Shown here: in pieces, positions 50,104-62,659 of the stretch
Numbering within the stretch: position 1 is the stretch's first letter
How the letters are laid out: the number at the start of each line of letters is the position of its first letter
Assembly (NCBI GenBank): GCA_964106915.2
Contig: OZ066917.1
Source of the DNA: Podarcis gaigeae
Lineage: Eukaryota
Direction: 5' to 3' (one strand)
DNA: 64,000 nucleotides
Position numbers and translations under genes: made by a program
Notes under the pieces: model-generated
The model's database searches: none
Seen by the model: the letters and a program-made list of their open reading frames with translations, nothing else
Told to the model about the DNA's origin: nothing

Positions 50104-53100
50104 CACCTATCAGACTTTGGAGTGTAGGACATATAGGTGTTGTGGTGAGATAAAACGTGGAAGAAGCTTCCCGCCCTTACGGTAAAATGATTATTTTTTT
50201 TGCAGAGGGTGCTAATGCAACTCCTTGCCACAAGCGCACTAGGGACCCTAAGTATGCCTCTGTCCACCCCCACAGTGGCAAGGAGGACTTTGGAAACTGA
50301 ATGCTGCTTTGTGGTGATGTCTGAACCCTGACAAACTACAGTTAGTTCTAGCTATGATGAGTAGAAGCAAGCCAGCTTCAAACAATAGGTTATGAAGGTG
50401 ACATATATTTACGATTAACCACACTTTACTGTTCAGACATAACACTAAACCATGGTTAATATGAACCACTAGTGGAAGCTTCCAATTTAATGGCTGCACT
50501 GGAAGGGGCTCAGGGAGGGGGTGTGCACTTGTGCAAGGACTAGATTTGATGCAGGAGATTGTCCGTGGAGAGAACCATAGAGCACATGCTTTGCACCCAG
50601 AAGGTCACAAGCTTAAACTTTAGCATCTTAGGTGGCGGATGATGTGAAAGACACTTGTTTCAGAGCTGCTAGAGCAGGAATGACTCTCCAAAAGAGGTTG
50701 TTGGAGAGGTTGTTGGGCTCCAGCTTCAATCAGCCACAGCATGACCATTGGACGGGGATGATGGGAAATGCAATCCAACAACATATGGAGGGCCCCGGGT
50801 TCTAGAGCTGCTGCCAGTCAACAGTGGACAGCAACTGGCATTCAAAGTCACAGTGCCTCTGAAAGCAGACATAGAACACAGTCATTCTTCTAATCTTTTA
50901 AAGGCATCAGAGTTGGTGGCCATCTCCACCTCTTGTGGGAGTGGATGCTATAGTCCCAACTAAGCGCTGTATGAAGGAGTTACCCTTCCTTTTGCTGTTT
51001 TCCTGACTTTAATCGCCTTAATTCCAACTGAAGCAGAGTATCTTAATTGTCCTTCCACCACAAACATACCTTTTGTACTAAAATATCATTATGCCTGGAA
51101 AAAGCAGCATGTGGATTATGCTGAAGAATACAAGACACAAGATAAAAAAGCTTTACGTATTTAAGATCCTACACATTCCACTGCTTTTTCCACGATTTTA
51201 AGCTATATATCTTTTCTCTTTGTCTTAGACGTTGTATCTTCTGCTTAGAAACAATTGCATTTTTGGTAGTCTTTGTTCAGTTTATGGGAAAACAGTCATA
51301 GATTTATACACCTGCAAGCGGTTTGTAGATGAGGCCTGGTGTGATTTAGCAGTGCTGAGGCTCAAGAGATTTAGTTTGTGCAGTTTTAGCTTTGAAAAGA
51401 CTCCCCTGGAGTGCTGATTTTTAGCAGTGTTGCTTTGGCCTGAGTATTGTGATAATCTAAGCGTGCTTGCAGAAGTTTTTTGTTTACCCAGGGGCAATTA
51501 CAGTGAATCGGCTTTCTAGTGGAGAAATCCTCTTTGGTGTTCCAAAGGGAGCTTAAAGAACTCTAAAATGATGTATATCTCACATGATGACCTGCAAGAA
51601 TGAACAGAATACATGCAGCATCTATATTAATCCTCTGCACTATTAAACATAGAGGAAAATTAGTAGGACCTGGCCAGTGTTTGCCACTTATTCTGTGAGA
51701 TTTCTGGCTGAATCTATTAAAGCAGGGTGGACGGGATTTGTGGCCCTCCAGGTATTGAACCTCAGCTCCCATCAGTCCTAGCCAGCAGGCTACTAAGGTG
51801 AGGGATGGTGGTAATTCCACAGGTTCTCCACTTCTACATTAAAGATGTTGGGTGGAATTCAAAGTAGCTGTTAGATGAGTGCAAGTATTTCTGCTTGGCT
51901 GTTTGGAACACTCTCCCCTCTAACCCCCCCCCCCCAACATGCTGTTCTGGGTGTTCTCCTGACACACACATCCCGAGCTGATTTTCCGGGGGTGGGGGGT
52001 GGGAGAAGAGGGAAAGTCTTATTGCACTAGTGGGACTTGCTGTGCTGGTTTCTAACAGCACAACTATTTAGTTGAATCTTGCCCATCATTTTGCACCAAT
52101 ATTCTGAAACAGTTTAGCTTAAGGAAGGGGTGGGGGAAGAACTAGGTAAAAGGTAAAGCTGGAGTAGTGGATCCAGAACTGGGCCATACTCTTTAGACTT
52201 GAAAGAAAGGTGAGGACCACCACCTGTTAATTATGGATGTCGTATGAATCATATGATGCTAGGTGACTCTAAAGTTCAAAGCCATGGTAGCAGGCACAGG
52301 CACATCTCCAATGTTTGTTCTAAAGTCCCACATCTCTGAGATCTGCTTTTTCTTTTATATTCAGAAAGCAGTAGTAGAAGCTTATCTTAATTGGATATAA
52401 GTCTTTGCCAGTTGCCTTTTTAGGTAGAGGAAGAGGCCTTTTTTCTTGTTTGCATCTTCTAAAAAAACTAGGCAGAGGCTTATCTCCGATCTTAGCGCTG
52501 TGGTCTCACGGTGCCAAGACTAAAGATATGAGTTCCCTTATTGCTTACTTTAGCACTTTGTGCTTATGGAAATAGCAGATCTCAGTGCCTGATGTCGTAT
52601 GATACCACGTGATTGGCAGCTGGGTGCAGTTTGCCCGGAATGGCCTTGCAGGTCAAATCCATAGGCCTAGTGTTTGGGCCAGAGCTTCCCCATGCTTGGG
52701 CACAAGAAAGGGAAGGACGCTAGTTAGGTCCTCATGGAATGTCATTTTCTGTCAGGGGCTGAGCTGCCGCTTCCAGAATCCCAAGTGATGTACTAACTTG
52801 CACATGCTATTTCTACCAGGGAAGGCCTCTATGACCTCTTCTTATGCTACCTTGGAAATGTGGGAGTTGCTACAGCACAGCTCCTTTCCACACCTTGGAA
52901 ACAGCCTGAGATGTCCTGAGCCACATAGGCGGAGTCTTTATCTCACACCCACATTCTGTGGCTTTATCTCACATCCACATCTCAGCCTTGTGCACGTTTC
53001 TACAGATGGAAGGCAGCCAGGATTCCAATAGCAGAGTACAGCTGCTTTTGCATTTTGCATTAATATCTATGATACGTTCAGACTGCTATATTTCATAAGT

Positions 53101-56100
53101 GCACATGGCAAAATGAGATGATAACAGTAATTTCCTTTTGTGTTGTCTGTTAAACCTTGGGTATGGCATGCAAACTCCATGTACAACTTCATGGCTGGGA
53201 TTCAGGGGGCGTCAGAACTTCAGGAGGGTTTCTGCCAGATCAAAGGGAAGGCTGGAGACTGGGTTGTGCTTAAGGCAACAGTGCATGGTTAATTCACTGG
53301 GTGTGGACACTGTGCACTTGCGTTAATTCTGACACTTGTTTTTCTGCAAGGCTTTGATGATAATAAAACACAAAAACCCCTTTTTTTCTTGAACCTTTTC
53401 TTTTTGCAGATCTCAAGCTCCACTTACAAATATAGGAATGAGGAATTTAAGAGACAATTCTCGCACCTGCCAGATTTGGAAAGGCTTGTAGTAGGTAAGA
53501 GGGAAACGTTTCATCCTATGAGTGGAGCTACAAGCTGCATTTTTATATTCGAAGCAAATTTGAACCTTGTAACCTGGAAACGTAATGCCAAAAATACTGA
53601 ATGCTTTGTTGTGAAGAAAATGAAACAACTTAAAGGACGCCTTCCTTGAAGCATGCTTTCTGAAATAAATTATTATTATTATTATTATTAATACAGTGGT
53701 ACCTCGGGTTACATACGCTTCAGGTTACATACGCTTCAGGTTACAGACTTCGCTAACCCAGAAATACTGCTTCAGGTTAAGAACTTTGCTTCAGGGTGAG
53801 AACAGAAATCGGGCTCCAGCAGCGCGGTGGCAGCAGGAGGCCCCATTAGCTAAAGTGGTGCTTCAGGTTAAGAACAGTTTCAGGTTAAGTACGGACCTCC
53901 GGAATGAATTAAGTACTTAACCCAAAGTACCACTGTAATAAATTTATTTATACCCCGCCCATCTGGCTGGGTTTCCCCAGTATGTAAACTGAAACCCAAC
54001 TGTTCTTTGAAATTCACACTTTTCAGAATTTTGCAATGCAGTTCCCCAGTTAGGTAATATGCATAAAAATGCACATTCTAGGGTAAAGTGTGCATAAAAA
54101 TGTCTACAATGATGGTTTATATTAGGAGAAATTGCTTTGCAAAAATGCATGTATCTGACCAAATTGAATACAGAAATGTGTATATGCTATTAGGAGGAAT
54201 TAGCACTGAAATGCTGGTGAATTTTCATGAAGACTTATTTTTTTAAAAAGGGAACTTAACTGATGTTAAGAAAAATGAGAAATGTAGAGAAACCAAAACT
54301 GACATATTTGTCCATCCCTAGCCTTGGAACTCTGGACCTTGCCATAATGTTGAAACATTTTCAAGAAGTTCAAACAGCAGATTAAGAAGAGATCTTGGGG
54401 GGGGGGGGGCAGTCAGTTTCCAGTTCATTTGTACTTGCAGAACATCTTCTTGCTAATTTCATTTCATTTGTGCCTTGCTTGCTTGCCTTTAATTTCTCTG
54501 TGCTTGAACAGCGCTGACATTTTGCTCTTTAATCTTCTGGATGTATTTGCCTTTTGTTCTCAGAATGTTCAACAAGGCCCTGCCCTTTCATTTCATCCCT
54601 TTGCAAATCCTCCATAGCTCCCTTGTGTATTTTGCACAGCTTTCAAATGCACCCATGACACAAGCTAACTTGATCTCATTTTTAAGACATCCTTACTGAA
54701 ACATTATCTGAAGCTTTAAAATAGCCCATATCCAATAGAGAATTAGTATGGTCTGTAGTAAACAATTCCACTTTATTCTAAAATTCCAAGCTGCCGTTTG
54801 CACTGGTGTAGGAAAGCAAGCAAGCAATTTGGCTCTTTGTGTGCGGCATACTTTCCATATGACAACCATTCTGAATTTGAAGAGTAAACAGCCGGATTAG
54901 GCATGGGCTGCACTGAATGCAAGTTTGACTAGTCAAGGACAGTGCAAAGTCATAGTATTGTATTCAAAGGAAATGTTGTTATTCATTAAAATGTTTCCTA
55001 CTCTGACCTTAAAGCTTTACTGTATTGCACTCTACAGCAGTATCAACTGTTATTCTCCAATATGTGACGCGAAGTCGGGAGCTATTACATATGATAAAAA
55101 AGGAGCAAAACCTTTTAAAGAACAAAGAATGGGAGGAGAGCTACTGTAGTTCTTAATCTGAAAAAAGGCCGAAAGCACAGTTCTCAATGACACCACGCCC
55201 TCTGTCCTTGAAGCCTTCCTTCTTACTCCTAAAAGTTGAAGCTTAAGCCAGCTAAAACAGATATGCTGTGAATAGGAAAGCAGATTACCCTAGATGGAGG
55301 TGTTCAACCAATCCTTGATGGAACTGCACTCGCCCTGAAAGACCAAGCTTGGGTGTGCAGCCCCCAGATTGTGGGGGCTGAAACTGCTTCTTATCAGCTT
55401 CAGTTTGTTTGCCGTGAACCTATTAAGAGACGTTGAGCCATGCCACAATTATTCATGCACTAGAGATTGCCAGGCTAGACTACTCCGAAGCTTTCTACAT
55501 GGGCTTGCATTTGATGATAGTTCAGAAGTTACAACTAGTACAGAATGCAGCTGTCTAGCTACTGGGGCCAGGAGGTATATGTTAAACATATACTTAGCCA
55601 ATTGCGCTGGTTACCAGTGTGTTTCTGGGCCCAATTCAAAGTGCTGGTGATGACATTAAAGTCCTAAATGGTTGGGACCAGGTTATATTATGGACTGCAT
55701 GCACACACATTAACCTACTCATACCCTCATACTACTCAGGTGCCTGTGAAATAGGGTTGCCATATTTCAAAAAGGAAAAAAAAACCAGGTTTCCTTAGGG
55801 AAACCCCAAAGTTATTGACAAAGCATCACATTTTGGAAATTCCCCAAGGATGTCATCTCTACCTTTGAAATCCCGGTGATGTCCAGGATAATAGGGCGTA
55901 TGGCAGCCCTATTGTAAAAACTATTAGGCTTACAGGTACATAGAACACTGCCTTTTCTGCGGCGGTCTCCCGGTTTTGGAATTCTGCTCTGAGTGATGTT
56001 AGGTAGGCCTTTAACAACTTTTAAACAGCAACCCCCCCTTTTTAAATCATGCCCTTTTAAGGTCAACTTTTGATGCTGAATTAAAAGGACTGCTTGCTCT

Positions 56101-58863
56101 GTGCTAGTTTTGTATTCTATTTTTGGATGTAATTGGCTTTCAATGCTTGTACTGCTTCGTTTGTATATGCTTATTGATTTGTAAACTGATTTGTTAGGCA
56201 ATTTGGCTTTGAGAAGCGGTATAGAAGCTTTTAACATACCGTAGATAAATAAATTAGAATGCATAGTGTTTGGAAATAATTATTCCTCAATGAGAGAAGC
56301 ACTGTCTGCATAGGGAGAAAGCCTGTCCCACTCAGAGCTAGTGCATTTGAAGGAGAGGCTCAAATTATTAAAGCGGCCTTTGAGTCCTAATCCCTGAAAG
56401 TTTTTGTTTTATCTGTTCAGATTGCCATGTTCCAGTGATACGGAGGCAATTTATTTTGGAACAGGTGGTGGCAAAAATGTGTGGTTTTTGGATAGCAGTA
56501 GATACTGATGCAGATTCATTCATATGTTTCTACTTTTAGGGCTCAAGTTCAGTGTGAAGTCTGAACAATTTGTAAAATGGGCAGGGCAATCTGAGCTGCA
56601 AGAAGCAAGAATGATTTATGCTGGGGTATATTATGCCTGTGTAATTTACCCCCTGAAGGACAGGGGCTACTGATGACTGAGGTGGCCTGAGCCTAGCAGA
56701 GGGAAAACAAGCCTTTAAAATAGTGTGGTGTAGTGGTTAAGAGCAGTAGACTCATAATCTGGTGAACTGGGTTCACGTCTCCGCTCCTCCACATGCAGCT
56801 GCTGGGTGACCTTGGGCTAGTCACACTTCTCTGAAGTCTCTCAGCCCCACTCACCTCACAGAGTGTTTGTTGTGGGGGAGGAAAGGAAAGGAGAATGTTA
56901 GCCACTTTGAGACTCCTTCGGGTAGTGATAAAGCGGGATATAAAATCCAAACTCCTCTTCTTCTTTTTTGCCAGTGTCACTTCCTGTGGGTGACCGAGCT
57001 GAACAGAGTTTGCAATGGGTTACTGTAGATCTCCCCAGTGCTTTTCTCCTCAGGAGGTACTCAAGGGTATACAGTACCGGCACCTCTTTTTAAAAGTATG
57101 GCACTTGTTACAGTAACTTCATGGTGGGTACTGGCACTTGTTTTTCTAGAAAAAAGACACTGGGTCTCCCCCTGCCTCTCTTCCAGAATGGCTCTTTTTA
57201 GCCTTTGCTAATCCCTTAGTTAGGGACGCAGGTGGCGCTGCGGGTTAAACCACAGAGTCTAGGACTTGCCAATCAGAAGGTCGGCGGTACGAATCCCCGT
57301 GACGGGGTGAGCTCCCGTTGCTTGGTACCTGCTCCTGCCAACCTAGCAGATCGAAAGCATGTCAAAGTGCAAGTAGATAAATAGGTACCGTTCCGGCGGG
57401 AAGGTAAACGCCATTTCCGTGCGCTGTTCTGGTTCGCCAGAAGCTGTACGCTCGCTCCCTCGGCCAATAAAGCGAGATGAGCGCCGCAACCCCAGAGTTG
57501 GTCACGACTGGACCTAATGGTCAGGGGTCCCTTTACCTTTACCTTTAATCCCTTAGTTGGGATGGATGACTTAAACTGGCATACATCCATCTGAGCAAGG
57601 ATGAGGAATTTCAGCTGATGTAGGCCCAGCTGAGCCCCGACTCAGCTGGAGATCTGCCTATTCCAAACCTGGCTCACCCCAGCAGATCTTGGGTTTGGAT
57701 TGCTTCCTCAATCTGCCTGTAACAGGAGGAAAATTTTTAGAACTGGGTAAATCTTGGTATCTTGAGGAGGGGCCAGAGTTGGAAAGCAGAATATGTGCTT
57801 TGCAGGGTTTCAGTTTTAAGTTTTATTCTCTTCTCTCTCCATGTCATGATCCCTGTGAAAAATGCCCATACCTCAAAGCTGCTGTTTTCTCCAGGAGGGA
57901 AATTGCCATTATTAATGCCAGTATTAATGGCTGTTTCCCTCCTGGGGCCTACAGTAACTTACGTGTGTCTGTGTCTGACATCAGGACCATGGGAATGGAA
58001 GGAAAGGATGTAACAGAGTTTCATTCCTGCTCCTCCCAGCAGCTGCTATTAAAAATAAAAGAGGACACATTCACTGCATTCACACATACAACATTAGGAG
58101 CAGTTTGGCCTTCAAGCGTGTAACCCTTGGAAAAACTGGTTCTGGAAGTAATGATGTCACCAGCTTCCAGTCAATCTTTTGTTGCAAACTGGAAGAACCA
58201 GTTTCTGCTCAACTCATTATGGGAGAGAAGATGATATACCTAAATAAAACCTGGCAAATGCACTTCCACAGTGAGCTCACCTTTTAAATTATGTAAGTCC
58301 GTGGGCATCCATACTATGAGCAGACAACATTAGGCTTAACCTGATGACCATTCTGTAAAAGAGCATGGTCAGATACATGACTTCATATGCATGTAAGTTT
58401 CAAGGATATCCCTGTTCCAGCACAGAAATGCCTTTTTTCCTTAACCTGTTTTTGAAGTTTTGCCAAGCATGTAGGTTTACTGAGGAATGAAGCACGTGTT
58501 AATTTTCCTCACATCTTAAAATAGTTGTACGCTGTTCTTTAAAAGGTTTTTTTCCCTAAAGCTGCTCAGAATATGAAATGTTTCAGGTATCCCTCTGACA
58601 AATGAAGAAAATTTCCTCCATTTTAACAACCACCCACAAGATACTTAAAGCTGCTTGAAGTTCCTTAGGAGCACAACATTGCTGCTAAGCTAAATCATGA
58701 GTTTAACTGAGCTCTGTTAAAAAGATACACTCTTTTATCATTTCCCTTTTTAGATTATGCCTGTGCTCTCCAGAAGGATATCCTCCTTCAAGGACGCCTG
58801 TATCTTTCTGAAAACTGGCTCTGTTTCCACAGCAACATCTTCCGATGGGAGACCACAGTAAGG

Positions 58864-58900
<37 letters not shown>

Positions 58901-61575
58901 ATGTGCCTGCAATGACTCCTCAGGACTGACCCTCTCATCAGGCATAGTGAGACAATGACTTCGGGTAGCAAAACTGGGACTGACCTACCATTAGGCAAAG
59001 TGAGGTGGCTGGCTGAGGTGGCCTTGCACTTCCTCAAGTGTGGTGATAGATGCTGTCCCATTGCCAATGTTGAAGCGATATTTAACTGCCAGTTTGACTG
59101 GCTTCTGGACATGGGGTGGGGGAGGGACCCACCTTTGACTCAGGTGGCAAAATGTCTTGGGCTAGTCCTTACTTTCCTAAAGTGATCTGCACCCCACTTT
59201 TTATTGTGCCCGGAATTCTCTGCCACACCTAGAAGGTTCTGTTGCAGACAAGTTGATATAGAAAAGGTTCCTTGTGGATAGCAAGTCTGAAAGCCAATGT
59301 TTTACATACTATGACATACTATGTCTTTAAAGCTTTCGTCTGAGGTCTTACATTGTTTTACTTCATGTGTGTTCTTAAACTTCAGATTTCTATCGCCTTG
59401 AAGGATATCACCTTCATGACAAAAGAGAAGACAGCTCGGCTCATCCCAAATGCCATCCAGATAGCAACTGAAGGGGAGAAGGTGTGATGCTCTTTAATTT
59501 ATTCTTTACTCTTTTTCTTTAAAAATGCTGAACTGTCCTGGCTCCTTCCCAGCACACACAGACAGAGATTCTTATGTGGAAGGTGGGGGGGGGGGATATT
59601 TATTCAAGCATGTAACAGTACCAGCTAGGCAGCAGACACACAGTTCAGGAGTTCAGGAATCAGACAGTTCAGGAGTTCAGGAATCAGACAAGATGCTAAG
59701 AACTGGATGTAAACAATGATAATGCCCTAATTGTTTCCACACCCCACAAGCCATGTTTTTAAAGACAAGGCGTGGCAAGCTCACTTGCAGGATTTCCTTG
59801 CTTTGTGGGAATGTCAGGATTGCAAATGCATGCTTTTCTGAGGTGGGTGGGTCTGTTGTCATCTGCATCCCTCTTGCATCCTCCTGATCAGTTGCTGCTA
59901 CCTCCTAATTTGCCCCCCTGCTCATCTAGTTTTGCCTCCATTCTTTACCTGACTGAGTTCTACATTGGTAACACTGAGACTAAGGAAGAGGAAGGTGACA
60001 GCCAGTGCCACCCCCTGGACTCAATATAAGTGGGGGCTACCTGAAGTTGATGGGGTAGTGCCCCATTTGCCCTGATGACCTATGTGGCAGTAAACTCTGT
60101 TGAGCTTAGTGGGACTTATTTCTGATTAGATTTGTATAGCATCTCAATGTAAACATTTTATTTTGTTATTATATTTATAAACATGCTGCTCATCCTGTAA
60201 TATCTGGGTGATGAGCACGCACAATGAAAACATAAAACAATTAATATAAAATGCACACATTTTTCAAGCTAAAGTGTCATCTCAGCTACTTTTTAGGATC
60301 CCAATATGGATACAAGCATATAATAGTTATTTAGATAAAATACGCTCTCAAGTTTCTTGAGACATATCCTGGGGCTCCCAAGTTCAATCAAGTATGAGAC
60401 AATGTGTGAAGAACTAGGTATACACAAGATGGAATGTTGGGTGTGGGCTAGCGCTATAAGATACTGGTTGCGTTGCCATTTCCGTTGCCAACCTTTGAGT
60501 CTGCTCTCTGAGTTACTTAAGGACTCTTATAAATCCAGAGAATTCTAACTCTTACATAGCAAAATCAGATATATCGGTATTGACTTGGAACCCTTGTATA
60601 ATTCAAGTCAGCAATATATTTAGTGCAATATTCAAACCAGATTAAGTGCAATATTCAAACCAGATATCGAAAAACAAAACATTGAGTCAGCTGTAAATAA
60701 AATTTGCTCCCTCAAGTTCTATGGTTTAAATACAACAGATAACAGGATCACTTATATCTCAAAATTAATAATTCCTGTCCAAAGCAGGCCTTTATGTTAA
60801 CACAACTGAAAGTTTTCCCCTCAGCTTTTGTCAAGGGCAGATATTTAAACATCCCCAGAAATTATAGACATTGTGGATGTTCTTTGAATGTGCTGGACAC
60901 TGTAGAACATATCCTTTTCTACTGTCCATTGTACAACCAGCTACACAAACACGTGCTATCCCCCTTTTTGGGTAGTCAAACACCATGGCACAATGAAAAT
61001 ATCAGATTCTATCTGTCTGACGTTAACATGGAAGTAACTGCAAGGGTGGCTGAGTGTTTGTCAATAGTATCTCTTAGAGTGGTGAATGGCATTATTTAGT
61101 GGGAAGAAATCCCAATGAAAATCTGTGTCATTATGCATTTTACATGGCTGTTTTTTATGATGACCTATACAGTACTTGTAATGCCTAATAAAGGTTTGGT
61201 GAAGTAAGTAATTAATTTAAGCACAATTTAAAAACATATTATGCCAATCAAAACAGCTCAGCAGCAGCGTCAGAAATAGTCCTTCTCAATAATGGACCTC
61301 CCACAAATGTCTGTGTGAACAGATGTGTGTTAAGTTGCCCTCTGAAATCCACCCGGATGGGGACAGCCTTATTAATGGAAACAAAATCCAACTGAAATCT
61401 TGTAGCCTTAGTTCCATGTATTTTCCTTGGGATGAGGATATGCAACATTCAGATCATTTTACAAATTGTACATGATTGTCATTTTTCTTTGCAGTTTTTC
61501 TTTACTTCATTCAGTGCCAGAGACAGAAGCTACCTCAATATCTTTAGATTGTGGCAGAATTCGTTGTTGGAGAAG
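36853..61575 (+). CDS. GRAMD1C: GRAMD1C / Aster-C, 5' part (continues beyond the window). Exons 36853-36855, 39576-39704, 53410-53494, 58754-58857, 59386-59481, 61495-61575
   Basis: ...NWNADWSFW|ISSSTYKYRNEEFKRQFSHLPDLERLVVDYACALQKDILLQGRLYLSENWLCFHSNIFRWETTISIALKDITFMTKEKTARLIPNAIQIATEGEKFFFTSFSARDRSYLNIFRLWQNSLLEK is a GRAM domain. WSFW-ISSSTYK matches recalled human GRAMD1C. Confidence 0.93.
37742..37983. mobile_element. Tc1/mariner-type MITE, family B (TIR related to family A)
   Basis: CAGTGGTACCTTGGTTC ... GAACCAAGGTTTGACTG followed by TA. Confidence 0.7.
39576..39704 (+). CDS. GRAMD1C: GRAMD1C exon 2
   Basis: ttcacag|GCA ... TGG|gtaatt; ALQEVDHGLISQLLVDSEENLSVCTEKIQASPPYNWNADWSFW. Confidence 0.88.
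39941..40934 (+). mobile_element. CR1 LINE 3' fragment (degenerate RT C-terminus and 3' UTR)
   Basis: VAKFADDTKLFRV and YCVQFW motifs broken by stops and frameshifts; ends in ttcctatgttctta. Confidence 0.88.
41291..41410 (-). mobile_element. tRNA-Lys-derived SINE
   Basis: Homologous to 7160-7287; a partial copy also lies at 38123-38194. Confidence 0.7.
43876..44003. mobile_element. Near-perfect palindromic hAT MITE nested in a CR1-type tail
   Basis: About 57-bp arms CAGGCATAGGCAAACT...CATCATCCC / GGGATGATG...AGTTTGCCTATGCCTG. Confidence 0.88.
46818..47143 (-). mobile_element. Sauria SINE, adjoined by (TG)n at 47144-47182
   Basis: Close homology to 25018-25374. Confidence 0.9.
48270..48860 (+). 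mobile_element. Putative LTR/DIRS-like terminal-repeat fragment
   Basis: GC-richer block with several ATTGG motifs and GGCTATTTAAG; termini not defined. Confidence 0.35.
49160..49267 (+). CDS. GRAMD1C: Candidate alternative N-terminal coding exon of GRAMD1C (exon 49108-49267)
   Basis: Strong acceptor tctttctccttcag at 49107, ATG at 49160, MPRPLSAISPLEESPLLRRLSSPEQLRGNEEEQKMH|gtaagt; phase 0, in frame with the exon at 53410. Confidence 0.6.
50067..50102. repeat. (CA)n microsatellite
   Basis: Read directly from the sequence. Confidence 0.9.
53410..53494 (+). CDS. GRAMD1C: GRAMD1C exon 3
   Basis: tttgcag|ATC ... GTAG|gtaaga; 85 nt. Confidence 0.95.
53694..53935. mobile_element. Tc1/mariner-type MITE, family A, inserted in a (TAT)n retroelement tail
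   Basis: TIRs and TA TSD; host continues as tttattataccccgcccatctggctgggtttccccag (also seen near 49770). Confidence 0.9.
56722..56969 (+). mobile_element. tRNA-derived CORE-type SINE (Squam3-like) with (CTT)n tail
   Basis: A box TGGTGTAGTGG, B box GGTTCACGTCT, CORE-like gctgggtgaccttgggc; nearly identical to 62411-62659. Confidence 0.85.
57223..57546 (+). mobile_element. Sauria SINE with 13-bp TSD
   Basis: GGGACGCAGGTGGCGCTG...(ACCTTT)n; TAATCCCTTAGTT at 57209-57221 and 57546-57558. Confidence 0.95.
58754..58857 (+). CDS. GRAMD1C: GRAMD1C exon 4
   Basis: tttttag|AT ... ACA|gtaagg; DYACALQKDILLQGRLYLSENWLCFHSNIFRWETT. Confidence 0.96.
58866..58899. repeat. (TG)n microsatellite just downstream of the exon 4 donor
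   Basis: Read directly from the sequence. Confidence 0.9.
59386..59481 (+). CDS. GRAMD1C: GRAMD1C exon 5
   Basis: cttcag|ATT ... AAG|gtgtga; ISIALKDITFMTKEKTARLIPNAIQIATEGEK. Confidence 0.96.
60260..61198 (+). mobile_element. Degenerate non-LTR retrotransposon 3' end (RTE-X-like, with zinc-finger motif)
   Basis: Broken ORFs LRHILGLPSS...EELG and GRYLNIPRNYRHCGC...DTVEHILFYCPLY; ends in aataaaggtttg. Confidence 0.7.
61495..61575 (+). CDS. GRAMD1C: GRAMD1C exon 6
   Basis: tttgcag|TTT ... AAG|gtaagc; FFFTSFSARDRSYLNIFRLWQNSLLEK. Confidence 0.96.
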
Positions 61576-62410
61576 GTAAGCTTTGATATGCTTGGGAAAT
61601 GTCTGCCCTGGCCATTTTTTTAAATGCTTGAATTCTAACATATATTGCTAGTTGTTTGCCTTTGCACTCTACAACTAAGTTCCGAGACTTGCATTTGTTA
61701 AGTTATCCATTCTTAAAAAATTAGCACTGGATATCGTGCATAAGGGTGCTTGTGTGCAAGATTGGTGTGGTTTAGAACAGTAAGCAAGATTTGTCACAAG
61801 AAGAAGTCTATACTTGTGGCAAGCAGTAAAGTCAATCCTGAGATGATAGCTTGGGTAGGTACCCTGCCTAGTGCTCTGGCCTTCTTGGTGATATTTGGTT
61901 CATAGATAAGAGCTAGAAAAACAGGATGTCATGGGGAAATAGCATAAATGGAAGTTAAACATCTCCACTATATAACAGGGTTGGAGAGAAGGAAGGTAAT
62001 TTTTTGGACAGGTGGTCTTTGGTGCTTGTAGGTTCTTGAGAGCCTTATGTTGCACTACTTTTTGCATCAGATCAGGTTTCATTAGAGAGTGAATTGCCTT
62101 CACACGAGGGCACGTGAGGGCAGTGTAAGCCCAAGGCTCTGAACTGTGTGTTCACATAATGCCTACCAAGGTTTGGCATGAGGCCTGATGTAGTTCTCCT
62201 TTGGGATGTGGAGAGATCTTAGTCACACACAAAAATAGTCATAACAAAAGCATATTGTAATCTATAAGGATATGAAAAGAAGGGATAGGAAATCTTTTTC
62301 AGTCTGGGCATTGTATTCCCCTCATGGTCAACCTGTTGTGGGCCACATGTCAGCAGTGGGTTAAGCCAGAGGCCAAAACAGGTAGAGCATTAGATCATGT
62401 GACTCTTAGA

Positions 62411-62659
62411 GAGCCAGTGTGGTGTAGTGGTTAAGAGCAGTAGTCTTGTAATCTGGGGAACCGGGTTCGCTTCCCCGCTCCTCCACATGCAGCTGCTGGG
62501 TGACCTTGGGCCAGTCACACTTCTCTGAAGTCTCTCAGCCCCACTCACCTCACAGAGTGTTTGTTGTGGGGGAGGAAGGGAAAGGAGAATGTTAGCCGCT
62601 TTGAGACTCCTTAAAGGGAGTGAAAGGCGGGATATCAAATCCAAACTCTTCTTCTTCTT
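62411..62659 (+). mobile_element. tRNA-derived CORE-type SINE (Squam3-like)
   Basis: Nearly identical to 56722-56969; (CTT)n tail. Confidence 0.88.
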
